Assembly (NCBI RefSeq): GCF_964213995.1
Contig: NC_135808.1
Coordinates: 99,882,001-99,946,000, forward strand
Reading direction: 5' to 3'
Origin: Mustelus asterias
Taxonomy: Eukaryota
Length of the DNA stretch: 64,000 bases
Both the position numbers and the translations under genes were made by a program. The notes beneath the pieces are model-generated. The model made no database searches, was not told the origin of the DNA, and worked only from the letters and a program-made list of their open reading frames with translations. This document shows, one piece after another, positions 47,799-60,625 of this stretch. Every line of letters starts with the position of its first letter. Position 1 is the first letter of the stretch.

Positions 47799-49116
47799 GT
47801 AAGTCCTGTGCCAAATTATTTTATTGAAGACAAAATCCAAGTGGGTCTCTGCATTACCACTAATATCGTAAATAACTAATGGACCAATAAATAAACTGTT
47901 ATGTTATACTGACAGATCTCCTGTGGCACCGTGTAGTGAGTTGGGAGCTTCCTCTGTTTTATATTATTGGGGAGAAGAAGTTGTGGATTTAACCATGTGG
48001 GAGACAACTTCTCAATTTAAGGGTTTGTTTGAAATTTTAAATTTAAAAAAAAATCTTACTTTGGACTCCAGAAATTCCAATTAGTGAGAAACAAAATGAT
48101 GGACATTTTATTTCCAAAGACTTTGGAGAGATATAATAATAAAATGTTGGTATTGGGTTTTCTTGTTAGAAATGTTTTACATAACAGTTTCCATCACAAA
48201 TGTTGACATGGAAAGTGTTCTTCAGATTGGATGTGTACACCATATATATATATTTAATATGTTGATAAATTGACAGAATAAAAGGGATGATTCCATGTTT
48301 CTAGCATGGAGCAGCCTGGTGCAAATTCATCTGCATACATTTAATCCGTGAATGGTCTACCCATCCAGGCACCAATTGAGGTCCTTAAATGGACAGTTAA
48401 TGTCCTGTTAAGGGCTTCACCCCACTGCTGCTGGTATTAACCACTCCCTCCAAGCCCACACCTCAAGACCCTCTCCTGCCATCACTCGCCTGTGCCAGGA
48501 TCTGTCCTTGATCAAAGAGAGACCTTGTGTGGGTCTACTTTTAGTCTCTCCAATGGGGTTGCTGAGTACAGAAAAGCTGCTGATCTCTGAATGGCTGGCA
48601 GCTTTTGGTGGGGGTGGGTCATCTTTCCTGGGCTGCTGACTTTCTAATTGCCTAAGTGGCACAAGGTACAGTGCACCTTCTTGAAAGGCCGTGACGTGGA
48701 GCCTTGCTAGCACCACCGATGACTGAGGCCCCCCATTGTCTCCTCAAGACTCTGCCCAGTATCTGGTCATTATCCATGGCTATTTGTGGGAGTTTGCTGT
48801 GCATAAGTTGACTGTCAATTTTCCTATATTACAACAATTGGTTATGAAATGCTTTATGATATCCTGCAATTATGAAAGGTGCAAAATGTTAATAGGTAAT
48901 AGTTATAAATGCAAATGTTAATAGTTTGACAATAATTGATACAAAGATTTCAGTATTAGAATAGATAATGTGTATCAGAAACATTCATACCACTGCATCA
49001 GATGATGTTCTTTTGAACTTGTGGCCAAGGTACATAATTGACACAGAGTGCTTTGCTCTGCATATAGCTACTGTTAGATTTGACCTCAAATGTTTGATAC
49101 CAATAAACACAAAAGT

Positions 49117-49610
49117 GGGCCGGGATTCTCCCAAAAGTATTCTTAGTGCCGAATTCACGTAAAAACTGGAGTCAATCCCGCTGGTTTTTTAAAGCGGGAT
49201 TTTCAAAATGAATCTCCCATCTGTGCATCACAGAGTGCCCTAGAGTGAATCACAGTAAAAGTTCTGGAGGCAGGGCCTATTCCCACTGGAGAGGCCGGCA
49301 GCATAGCGCTGAGCAGGACACCGCATCGGAGATCGGCATTTGCACAGTAACCCCACACTGCCGGTCTCCTGATCGTTGGTCAATTCGATCGCCGACCAGC
49401 AGAACAAATCCGCAACGCTGCGCCTCCGATCCCCGTACCCACCAATCACTAGCTTTCCGGACATCTCCAGGCCAGCCCCGACCCCTCTCCCCCACACCCA
49501 CCCCCAGCAGCCCCAATCTCCTGTCTCTCCACCTGCAGTCCTGACCCCCCCCTTCCACAGCCCCAATCTCCCCGACAATTGCCCCTGTGGCCTATTTCCC
49601 AGCACTGACG
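49117..49610. mobile_element. GC-rich MITE-like fragment
   Basis: Starts GGGCCGGGATTCTCCC, with nested inverted repeats (aatcccgct/agcgggatt). CpG-rich in an AT-rich intron. Confidence 0.5.
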
Positions 49611-49739
49611 TCTAAATGAGAACCAGTTTCCTTTGGAGAAGTGACAATAAATTTTGGGTGGAAAGGTAAAATTAATTATTATTTATTCTAATTGCAGAAT
49701 ATGTCCTGCATGTGTTTTATAATGTTTTGCCTTTCACAG

Positions 49740-49869
49740 TTTACTCATTCAAGAATCTGCTGAAGTAGCTGAGGAATTGCTGCAACTCAGAGTGGTGCAC
49801 CACCTCATGATTGCTATGGGGAACCTGGATCATTCTGAAAGCCAAATGCAGGCTAGTTTGACATTGGAA
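49740..49869 (+). CDS. ARMH1: ARMH1 coding exon 8 (LLIQESAEVAEELLQLRVVHHLMIAMGNLDHSESQMQASLTLE)
   Basis: cacag acceptor, gtaagc donor, 130 nt. Confidence 0.92.
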
Positions 49870-50853
49870 GTAAGCATATCATTATGGGAATAATTTTCCA
49901 CGTCTGTATTGCTGGCAAGATGCTTCACATGGCATCAGTTGGGAAATTATGAAAAGTGAGCTCATGATTTCCAAACACTTGCTGTTGATGCGTGAAGTTC
50001 CCTGCCAGCAGTGTGAAATCAGCATAATTGCCTCTTGCATCTTGCTGGGCAATCCATGCTCAAGTAACTGCAGTGATTATATTCATTCATGATAAAAAAA
50101 TATTATTGAACGCACCATGCAATAATTCAAGGTGAAGAAAATAATCAATTCAAAACTAGGCCAAAGTGTTTTTGTTATCAAAGTGGTGGTGATAAATATT
50201 ATTTCTTTATTAAGTTTGAATATAAACATATTTCCCAGATGGCTCATTAAGTGACCTTTGCTGTCATATTTCTCTACAATAATAACTACATTTTAAAAGT
50301 ATTTAATTGGTTGTGAAAGCTACTATCCAAATGTAAATACTAATTTTCTTAATAGTCCATTAAAATTATTATGAAATAGACCTAATTGAATCAAAATGTT
50401 CATTATCAGATCAGGTAAAAGGTAATGTAACAGAGATCTGAACTAGTTGAAATTCCATCATTGCAGTTTGAGAATTTGAATTGTTTTATAACAATGTCTA
50501 GAAAATACCTGGAAAAAATAGCATCAGCAAAAGTCACTATGAAGCTTTCAATGTCCTTTCGGAATGAAAAGCTGTTTATCTCTCTGGGACTCTGGAAAGT
50601 GCATCTACATGGATGAGGGCAAGGATGGAATCCGCCTCAGCTATGATATCTTCCTGCTGGCACTGATTGTCTGGTTCAAATGTGTAAAACTGTGAAATGT
50701 AAAGTCAGTGCCTTTAAGAATTGGCAGTAATGGTGAGAAAAGAAAAAAATTGGAAACCCAGTAAATAAAATTATGACAGTTTCCAGTAAGTTATGAATTC
50801 AGTTACAAGAAGTTGTGTCCTTCATCACAACTTGCACGTTTCAGGAAAGGAAG

Positions 50854-51085
50854 TGTGGTGAACCACTGTAGTTGTCTGTTTATGTGATAGTTTATGTGAT
50901 ATGCCTGGACACGCCCCTGCTGCCTCAATCCGGGGCTCTGCCCTTCTCGGGGTATAAAGGTGGCTGCTCTCCACCCCTTTTGCATCAGTTCAGATTAGCT
51001 ATCGGTTTGGGAGTGCTCCAGTTCTTTGTTAATAAAAGCCTGTTGTTTCACAACAACGAGTCTTTGCGTAATCAATGGTGCATCA
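50854..51085 (+). mobile_element. Solo LTR, copy 3
   Basis: TGTGGTGAACCACTG...TATAAA...AATAAA...GTGCATCA, with perfect TSD GGAAG. Confidence 0.9.
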
Positions 51086-52473
51086 GGAAGCCATGGTAGT
51101 TCTTGTAAACATATTTGGGATACATAATTGCCATTTGGATGCCAATTGCTCAATCAACTCTGGGAATTGAAACAGTTGATGACATTCTGAGGGAGCACTG
51201 TCAATATAAATTGAGCTGTCTTGTCAAATAGCACATTGATAATGTCTTGCAGAGGCCTGCACAGAAAATTGGCTGACATGACAGAAGTCCTCTGCTTTGC
51301 TGGAAGGAGTCTGTGACAAGGGAATTGAGAACTGTGGCCACTTTGCGTGCCACAGTAAGGGTTGTGTGTGCTGTGATTCTCAGTTGCGGATCTGGCTGCA
51401 GCAATTAGCTGGTGTCTTCCAAAGCTTCATAGTCTGGCAGTTCTCTGTTGCTGCCTGATTAATCTGGCTTCATCTACAGCTACCTTTCTTCTTGTTCTGA
51501 CATGTAAATCATGCAACATTCAGTTCCCATTAGGAAGCCCAGATCCCATATCAATAATTGTCTTAAAATGGATTGCGTTCCAAGTATAATGCAGAACTTA
51601 GGGAGGCTTTAAGAGTTTTTAAGAAAGCTTTGCAATATTTATAGTGAGCCCAGGAAATGACCAAAAATGTCCATGTGCTCCTTTAATTGAATATTTGTGT
51701 CTTAATGAATGGGTCCCAAAAAACTGTGCCTTTTAAGAAGTGACTCATATTTTCTTGGGTTGATGTGGGATGGAATTCTCCCATTTTGAGCTTAGGTGTA
51801 GTGGCGGTACCTTTGTCGCAGATGGGAATGGCAAGATCCTGCACCAGATTCTGTGCTTGGAACTTCATTAATAATGCACAGGCGAGTTCCCCTCCGAATC
51901 TCCTGGTGGGCTGACAACTGATTCAGCCTTTTGACATCAGCTGGTGGGCCCCACTGCCATATTTAAATAGCACTCTAGCACATTCCTACCTCTCTCTGCA
52001 GCCCATCCATCTTCACCAGACTGTACAGATATCAGCAACCCAGAAGAAAAATGCTAACAGCTGCAAGAAGTCTGCTCCTCAATTCAACCATCCTTCACCC
52101 GAACCCATCAGTTGTGAGGTGTCTGTGTCCCACCTGGACCTCTACCCATCGCATTTGGACTCAGTACATGTATTATTGGAAGAGGATGCACAATCACTTT
52201 GACTCCTTTGTCTGCATTTCATGCATTCATGACAAGGTCTAGCTTCCATCCCCTCAGTCTTCCCTCTGGTTTCCATTGTTCATCCTCTTCATCCACCTCC
52301 TTGCCCCTCTGCCTGTCATTGTGATCCCTCGCCTTTCTGCCATCGCCTCCTTGCACAGCACTCCTTCCACATTGCTTTGGTTGTCCCCACCCATCTCCAC
52401 TGACCTCACCTCCCAGTCGAACTTCAGACTTTTGTTGCAATGTCTGCATGAGTCCGACAGCACTGTGTTGATG

Positions 52474-52752
52474 TGGCACAGTGGTTAACACTGCTGCCTC
52501 AAAGTGCCAGGGACTCGGGTTCGATTCCTGACTTGGGTCACTGTTTGTGTGGAGTCTGCACGTTCTCCCCATATATGTATGAGTTTCCTCCGGGTGTTCT
52601 GGTTTCCTCCCACAATCTGAAAAATGTGCTGGTTAGGCGCATTGATCATGCTAAATTCTCCCTCAGTGTACCCAAACAGGTGCCGGAGTGTGGCGACTAG
52701 GGGATTTTCACAGTAACTTCATTGCAGTGTGAATGTAAGCTAATAAATAAAC
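52474..52752 (+). mobile_element. V-SINE type B
   Basis: Head, V-domain and type B tail. Confidence 0.85.
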
Positions 52753-52860
52753 AAATGGCCCTCAGTTTACCATAGATTTTGAGGTATGCTACAAAGCCTA
52801 CCAGCCATAGTGTTATGCTGTTTCTGATGTACTCTCCACCACCCAGCCAGGGCAGACCAG

Positions 52861-53045
52861 TTAAGTTTATTTATTAGTCACAAGTAGACTTACATTCACA
52901 CTGCAATGAAGTTACTGTGAAAATCCCCTAGTCGCCACACTCCGGCGCCTGTTCGGGCCAATGCACCTAACCAGCACATCTTTGGACTGTGGGAGGAAAG
53001 CGGAGCACCCAGCGGAAATCCACGCAGACACGTGGAGAATGTGCC
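52861..53045 (-). mobile_element. 5'-truncated V-SINE type B
   Basis: Reverse-complement tail and V-domain. Confidence 0.85.
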
Positions 53046-55039
53046 AAATCTGTTGGCTGCAGTGAGAATTTCAAGTTTTTGCTGCAACATGGTTGCTGTC
53101 GTGAGAAACAGCAAAATCTTGCAGCAAGGCGCATTCCAGGTGATGCAACGCCTCTGCTGACATCATGAGATGAAGACACAACCGTTAAGATCAGTCTTCA
53201 GCTGAAAAGCCGGCGAGTGTTTTATATTTCAAAAACTTATTAATATTTTATAAATTTTTAAATGTTAGCAAACTTCACCCAGTGACTGCCATTGGTTTTC
53301 AATAGGAGATGTGTGCCCAGTATGGCCACAAGAACTTGGAAATATTTAAAACAGAGAAAACAACTGTTTTCATAAAATAAATTCAGACCCCCATCTCACA
53401 ATAGTAGCACACAAATCTATCTCCTTCTCCTAGTCTGGAACTGCACGAAAGGTGTTCAGAATGATCCAGCAGAAATTTCTTCTCTCCCACCCCACCCTTA
53501 TTCTTTAAGCATGTTTGGAGCAAGGATGTACAAAAACTAGGGTTTGTAATCCTTTTAAACCACAGTTTTCAGAATAATATTTCAGAATTAATTAGTAATC
53601 TTTCAATTTGGAGATAACTTGAGACTTCATAGTCCAAATTGGATGTCAAGTAAGAGTCAATCAAGTGACTATTCAGTCTGACATAATGCAACCTTTTCGT
53701 ATATTACACAACTATTTGTATTCTTGATAGTAATTTGTTGAATTGAACGAGGAGTTTCCATTGTTATAGATCCAGTGCAACACGAACCAACAACCTCGTT
53801 TCCTGATTGAAATGGAAAATGGTTTCAGAGAAATCAACTCTCTTGCCTTAGGATATCATTTCCACATTAGTTACAATTGGTTTAACACCGAATATTAAAC
53901 CTGTGAGCTTTAAATACTCAAGCACACTATTCCTTCAGAACTTTGAGACTTATCTTTTTTTATCTAATCTCTATTTAATTTTTACTAATATGTTGAATAT
54001 GAATGCTTTGTCCATGGTTTTTAAAAATTACAACTTTGCAATCATAATTAGAGTTCACCATTAAAATCAACATGATTGAATAATTGTAAAAATTAAACTA
54101 ATTTCATAACCTTTTATAATGATCCAACACAGAATATATATTTCCCCACCCACTTTGATTAAATATAATTCCTACATTAACATCTTGATCAAAGCCTGGT
54201 TTATTTCATGATGTACAACATAATATTTAGGGTTATTATATGTTGCTACTATGCTACACTATGTACTCATTTATCTTATTCAGAGCTAGACACTCTTATT
54301 TTCAATGAAAATTAGAGATGGTCTCTGCCTCTCTTTAGCTGTGACCAAAATGTAAATGAAATGATGATGAAATTATCTAATAAAATTAAACAGGTTGACA
54401 ATCACGTATGGGAATACTTTTGTGTTGCACAAGGTAAGCGTTACATCATCCATATTACTTTTGGAATGATTCATTGTGAGTTGTATTGCCTAACACATGT
54501 TAACATATTGCTTGCATGGGATAAAATTGTTTTTATTTTAACAAATTGATTATGACCTTTAACCCTGATGAAAGAAAGGAGTGAAAAAAACATTTATAAA
54601 AGTTGTTTAAAAATGTCCTCTCTTTTGTCCATAAGACACCTTGTTACCCTTACCAGTGACAGTCATGCACAGTGGATCCTCTTTCCAGAAAGGCTCGGCA
54701 CCTGTTATATCAGCTCTAAATAAAATGGGCAATTAGCCCAAAAAACATCACTTGCTTTGCAGAGCAGCTTGACTGAACCACCAACAGGGAACTGCCCTGG
54801 AGTGCATTATCTTGCATTGCAAATTGTGTTTTTTGGCACAAATCTGTAAATGTGTGCACATCAGAAGTTGCAGTGCCATTGAGACCTTCCATAATGGCAA
54901 AGGTCTCAGTGTTTAGTGCTTTTGGGAGCATAGATTCAGGATCAATGGGATAAATGACCTTATAATCCATTTTTGATCATGTTGGTTGGTCAACAGAAAT
55001 ATTTTGCTCATCAGTTGATGTCTTTAGATCTTTCACTTC

Positions 55040-55460
55040 TATGGTTCAGTTGGTAGCACTCTCACCTGAATCATGTGGTCCAAGTTTAAGTCCCACTCCA
55101 GAACATGAACACAAACATCAAGACTGCCACGACATTGCAGTACTGAGGGAGTGCTTCTCTGTCAGAGGCGCAGTCTTTAGGATGAGAAGTTAAGTCGCAG
55201 CCCTGACTGTTTTTGCAAGTGGACATAAAGATCCCATGGTACTATTTCAAAGAGCAGGAAAATTATTTCTGGCATCCTGGCTAATCTTCATCCCTCAATC
55301 AACATCAGAAAAGCAAATTATTTAGTCATTATCTCAGTGCTATGTGTGTGAACTTGCAGTGTCCAAGTCGGCAGCCTCATTTCCTACAAGTAAACACACT
55401 GCAAAAGTATTTAATTGGCTGCAAAGAGCTTCGAGATGACCAGTAACTATGAAAATGCAT
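55040..55460 (+). mobile_element. Near full-length Deu-domain SINE (SacSINE1/AmnSINE-related)
   Basis: tRNA-like head (ggttcagttggtagcactctc..gtttaagtcccact), then gcagtactgagggagtgc..gtcagagg..gtcttt.ggatgag..ttaa..aaagatcccatgg.actattt. Remnants also at ~7270-7480 and ~61920-62100. Confidence 0.65.
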
Positions 55461-56049
55461 GGCTTTCTTTTTCCAGCTGAGGGGGTAGAGTCACGTCAGC
55501 TTTGGTTAATCATTAGCTTTTGTCTTTTATATTCCATACGTCTTCAAAATGGAGGTGGATAAGTGTTTGATAGATTGAGGAATAGAGAGCTATGGGGAAA
55601 TGGCATAGAAAAGGAATTGAGGCCAGCATAGATCAGCCATGATTGTATTGAATGGCGGGGCAGGTTTGAAGGGCCTGGTGACCTACTCTTGATTCTATTT
55701 CTTGTGTTCTTGAGCCATAACAATGTTGCTTGGAACTATTTACTGTTGCTGGGTTAATGTCCTGGAACGCCCTTCCTAATAATACTGCGGGTGTATCTAC
55801 ACCACATGGCCTGCAGTAGTTCAAGAAGATGGTTCTCCACCACCTTCTCAAGGGCAATTAGTGATGGCCTATAAATGCTGGCCTAGCCAACAGTACACAC
55901 CCCGTGAAAGAAGTAAAAAAAGATGCTGACTTTAATGTCCTATGAACTTCTATCTCCAAATTTTTCTGCCCTTCCACTGCACTGAGCCTCTTTCGGCTAA
56001 CAGTCCAATTTCTCTTATTTTTTATAAGAAACTGCAACTTTCAACATTC

Positions 56050-56217
56050 CACAGAATCCCCACACTGCAGAAGGAGGCCATTCAGTCCATAGAGTCTGCA
56101 CCGACCACAATCCCACCCAGACCCTATTCTTGTAACCCCTCATATTTACACTGCTAATCCCCTGACACTAGAGTTAATTTAGCATGGCCAATCAACCTAA
56201 CCCACACATCTTTGGAC
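56050..56217 (-). mobile_element. HE1 SINE 3' half
   Basis: Type A tail. Confidence 0.75.
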
Positions 56218-56404
56218 TTCTAAACTGTGTGGTCATGCTCCTTTAAGTTATCAAGCATGCATGGCTAACTGAGGCATGAAGGAGCTCCATTTCCATTACA
56301 TGCTGTTCTGAAATAATTTCACACTATTTTAACAAAGTACCATAATGTTTTAACCAATCAGCACCCTCTTCTCATGCAATTGTTCCCTTTGAGATTTGGT
56401 ATTA

Positions 56405-57220
56405 GAACAAAGAACTAAGAACACTACAGCACAGGAACAGGCCCTTCAGCCCTCCAAGCCTGCATTGACGATGCTGCCCGACTGAACTAAAACCTACCCT
56501 TCCGGGGACCATATCCCTTTATTCCCATTCTATTCATGTATCTGTTCAGACGCCCCTTAAAACTCGCTATCGTATCTGCTTCCACTACCTCCCCCGGCAA
56601 CGAGTTCCAGCAGCTTGCACCACTCTGTAAAAAACCTGTCTCATACATCTCCTTTAAATCTTGCCCCTTGCACCTTAAACCTATGCCACCTAGTAATTGG
56701 CACTTCCACCCTGGGAAAAAGCTTCTATCCACTCTGGCCATGCCCCTCATAATCTTGTAGACTTCTATCAGGTCGCCCCTCAACCTTCGTCGTTCCAGTG
56801 AGAACAAACCAAGTTTCTTCTATCTCTCCTCATAGCTAATGCCCTCCATATCAGGCAACATCCTGGTAAATCTTTTCTGTACCCTCTTCAACATCCTTCT
56901 GGTAGTGTGGCGACCAGAATTGAACACTATATTCCAAGTGCGGCCTAACTAAGGTTCTATAAAGCTGCAACTTGACTTGCCAATTTTTAAACGCAATGCC
57001 CCGGCTGATGAAGGCAAGCATGCTGTATGCCTTCTTGACTACCTTCTCCACCTGCGTTGCCACTTTGTGACCTGTGTACCTGTACATCCAGATTCCTCTG
57101 CCTATTAATAATCTTAAGGGTTCTGCCATTTACTGTATATTTCCTATCTGTATTAGATCTTCCAAAATGCATTACCTCACCTTTGTCCAGATTAAACTGC
57201 ATCTGCCATCTCTCTGCCCA
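56405..57220 (-). mobile_element. CR1 3' fragment, same subfamily as 18860-19630
   Basis: ORFs 56487..56807, 56851..57129 and 56987..57307. Confidence 0.88.
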
Positions 57221-57371
57221 ATCTTGCGATTGTGTCCTGATGAGTGGATGATGAAAATCTAACATATCTTTTTTTCCCCCAATAATACTCAAGTTTTGTT
57301 TTACCAAGTGATTGGTTATAATGTTTGGTTTGTATAAAAGAGAATTAAAAACTGTACATCTTTCATTTCAG

Positions 57372-57449
57372 CACCTGATTCGTACATTTCCAGTTGTAGA
57401 AGAAAATGTACGAAAAGCTATGGGAGAAAATCTTTATGAATTGTACATG
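57372..57449 (+). CDS. ARMH1: ARMH1 coding exon 9 (HLIRTFPVVEENVRKAMGENLYELYM)
   Basis: tttcag acceptor, gtaatt donor, 78 nt, phase 0/0. Confidence 0.9.
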
Positions 57450-57581
57450 GTAATTCTTTAATCATTTTAATTATAATATAGAACAATAACAAATGGAACT
57501 ACATTTTTCAAGTTTTGTTTTAAACGTTTTAGAATTATTCTTTTCTAAAATATATAAAATATAAAAGTATATTGCAATTTG

Positions 57582-57862
57582 ACAGTGGTTAGCACTGCTG
57601 CCTCATAACACCAGGGACCAGGGTTCAATTCTTGCCTTGGGTGACTGTCTGGAGCTTGCACGTTCTCCCCGTGGGTTTCCTCCGGGTGCTCTGGTTTCCT
57701 CCCACAATTCAAAAGACGTGTTGGTTAGGTGCAGCGGCTATGCTAAATTCTCCCTCCATACCCAAACAGGTGCCGGAGTGTGGTGACTAGGGGATTTTCA
57801 CAGTAACTTCATTGCCGTATTAATGTGAGCCTACTTGTGACACTAGTAAATAAACTTTTAAA
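57582..57862 (+). mobile_element. V-SINE type B
   Basis: Head, V-domain and type B tail. Confidence 0.8.
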
Positions 57863-57929
57863 CAATTCAGTACACTGATTTATGGTTCTATATAGAAAGT
57901 ATAATTTTGAAATAATTTGTAATTAATGT

Positions 57930-58580
57930 TGCGAATGGAATGTTGGCCTTTATCGCGAGGGGGATAGAATATAAAAGCAGGGAGGTCTTGCTGCAACTAT
58001 ACAAGGCACTGGTGAGGCCGCAACTGGAGTACTGTGTGCAGTTTTGGTCCCCTTATTTGCGAAAGGATATATTGGCCTTGGAGGGAGTGCAGAGAAGATT
58101 CACCAGGTTGATACCGGAGATGAGGGGTGTAGCTTATGAGGAGAGATTGAACAGGTTGGGTCTGTACTTGTTGGAGTTTAGAAGGCTGAGGGGTGATCTT
58201 ATAGAGACATATAAGATAATGAAGGGGCTGGATAGGGTAGAGGTAGAGAGATTCTTTCCACTTAGAAGGGAAACCAGAACTAGAGGGCACAGCCTCAAAA
58301 TAATTGGGGGCCGGTTCAGAAGAGTTGAGGGGGAACTTCTTCTCTCAGAGGGTAGTGAATCTCTGGAATTCTCTGCCCATTGAAGTGGTGGAGGCTACCT
58401 CATTGAATGTGTTTAAATCACAGGTAGATAGATTTCTGATTGCTAAGGGAATTAAGGGATATGGGGAGCAGGTGGGTAAGTGGAGCTGATTCGCTTCAGA
58501 TCAGCCATGATCTTGTTGAATGGCGGGGCAGGCTCAAGGGGCTAGATGGCCTACTCCTGCTCCTATTTCTTATGTTCTTA
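57930..58580 (+). mobile_element. CR1 3' fragment
   Basis: ORFs 57940..58383 and 58304..58489 (one frameshift), plus 3' UTR. Confidence 0.9.
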
Positions 58581-59045
58581 ATGTTCTGTTGGAGTATATG
58601 TATGATCTTTTGGTAGTTACTTTTGTGTGCCTTTTATCATTTTTCCTCTCATTTAAAAATGTTTGTTTAGCAGCCTTAATACCATTAAGCTTTCAACTGT
58701 TGCAATACTGTCCCAGAGAAGATCCTACATTTAATCTAGTTTTTGTTAAAGTAGCTAATCTCAACAGTGGTCTTAGAATGGGAAGCGAAAATAATCCCTC
58801 AGGTCTCTTGACTCAGGCTTAATTGATTTCCAGTGCCCTTTGCTGGAATGTGAGAGAAAATATTGGTCAAATTGATATCAGGCTTAGGTGCTTTTGAAAC
58901 TAGCAAGAAATTTTTAAAAATACGCTGGCTTTACTTCAAATCAATAGGCTTGAATCCTAACATACATGTCTTCATTCGTTTATTCTGTTCTTGTGTCATG
59001 TGACAAAACATTTGGAGAGGACCAATTGCCCTTCACAGTGGTGAA

Positions 59046-59672
59046 TTGATTTGATTTATAATCGTCACATATTGGTATACAGTGAAAAATATTGTTGCTT
59101 GCGCTATACAGACAAAACATGCTGTTCAGAGAAGGAAGGGAGAGAGTGCAGAATGTAGTGTCACAGTCATAGCTAAGGTGTAGAGAAAGATCAACTTAAT
59201 GTGAGGTAGGTCCATTCAAAAGTCTGATGGCAGCAGGGAAGCAGCTGTTCTTGAGTCGGTTGGTATGTGACCTCAGACTTTTGTATCTTTTTCCCGATGG
59301 AAGAAGGTGGAAGAGAGAATGTTTGGGGTGCGTAGGGTCCTTAATTATGCTGGCTGCTTTTCCGAGCCAGCATAATTAAGGACCCTACGCACCCCGAACA
59401 TTCACTCTTCCACCTTCTTCCATCGGGAAAAAGATACAAAAGTCTGAGGTCACATACCAACCGACTCAAGAACAGCTTCTTCCCTGCTGCCATCAGACTT
59501 TTGAATGGACCTACCTCGCACTAAGTTGATATTTCTCTACATCCTAGCTATGATTGTAACACTACATTCTGCACACCTTTCCCATGAGCTCTGTCTGTAT
59601 AGCATGCAAGAAACAATATCTTTCACTGTATACTAACACATGTGACAATGATAAATCAAATCAAAATCAAAA
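59046..59672. repeat. ~630-bp palindrome formed by two opposed LINE 3' ends
   Basis: Arms 59046-59355 and 59365-59672, 9-nt spacer GCTTTTCCG, (AATCA)n tails at both outer ends. Confidence 0.93.
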
Positions 59673-60625
59673 CTAGAGGCATTGATGGGCTTTCTTAACT
59701 ATAGCGTCAATGTGGAGGGACCAAGACAGGTTGTTGGTGATCTGGACACCTAGATATTTGAAGCTCTCGATGATTTCCACTTTATCCCTGTTGATGTAGA
59801 CAGGGATATGTCCTCCACTATGCTTCCTGAAGGTGATGACTATCTCTTTAGTTTTTGTTGTAGGCAAAAATACCTCTGAGACTAGTCGTAGGTCAAAATA
59901 CAGTGGTTCATTTGCACAATTGTGGGAGAGGTCCGATTCCTAACACGGTCTCAGGCCTCTCAGCAAATACAGGTTAAGAACATATATTTATACCCCCACA
60001 TCACGTCCACAGTTTTCCAGGCCCCTCAGGTTCCCAGGCTGTGGCTTGTCCTCCATCGTGTGAACCTTGCTGCCTTGGCGGTTTCTTCACGGTTGTCTCA
60101 AGGCTGTGACTGTTGTTGCTATCTGTGGACATCTGTGGGGCAGTTTCGCACAAACAAGTTAACTGGTATAGAGGTGCAGGGGCCTACATACAACAATTCA
60201 TGTATGTTCATAGGTACCTGTATAATTTATATCAGTAAGGATATGATGAATATATATATGAGTGTATCATTATAGATCACAGAAGGCCTGCATGTAGGCT
60301 CCACTGTTACACAGCAGTACATAATATTAAAGAACTCAAAATGGCTACCAGCTGGGTAGGCCACATTCCTAAACAGATTAGCCGGGAAAAACAATCTTGT
60401 ATACAATAGCTGCTGCCCTTATCTGTTCAGATACATGAAAAAGAGGTTCTGCAGACACGAAAACAAGTACAATGCATCTCACAAACCCTCGAGTATTTCT
60501 CTCAAGTGTTACAAAAGTTCATTAACCCTTTCCCGTCTTCAGTTTTACTGACATTGAGAGGTTATTGTCGTTGCACCAATTTACCAGACTCTCTCTTTCC
60601 TGTACTCTGACTCATCATTGTTTAC
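59673..60625 (-). mobile_element. Rex1/Babar-like LINE RT fragment, split by an LTR insertion
   Basis: ORF 59673..59867 KTKEIVITFRK..FKYLGVQITNNLSWS..VKKAHQCL. The LINE resumes at 60542 (NNLS..NVSKTKE). Confidence 0.75.
59856..60541 (-). mobile_element. 686-bp solo LTR (retrovirus-like)
   Basis: TG...CA termini with 5-bp TSD GTTTT (59851-59855 and 60542-60546). Minus-strand TATAAAT at ~59986-59992 and AATGAA at 59907-59912. Confidence 0.8.
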
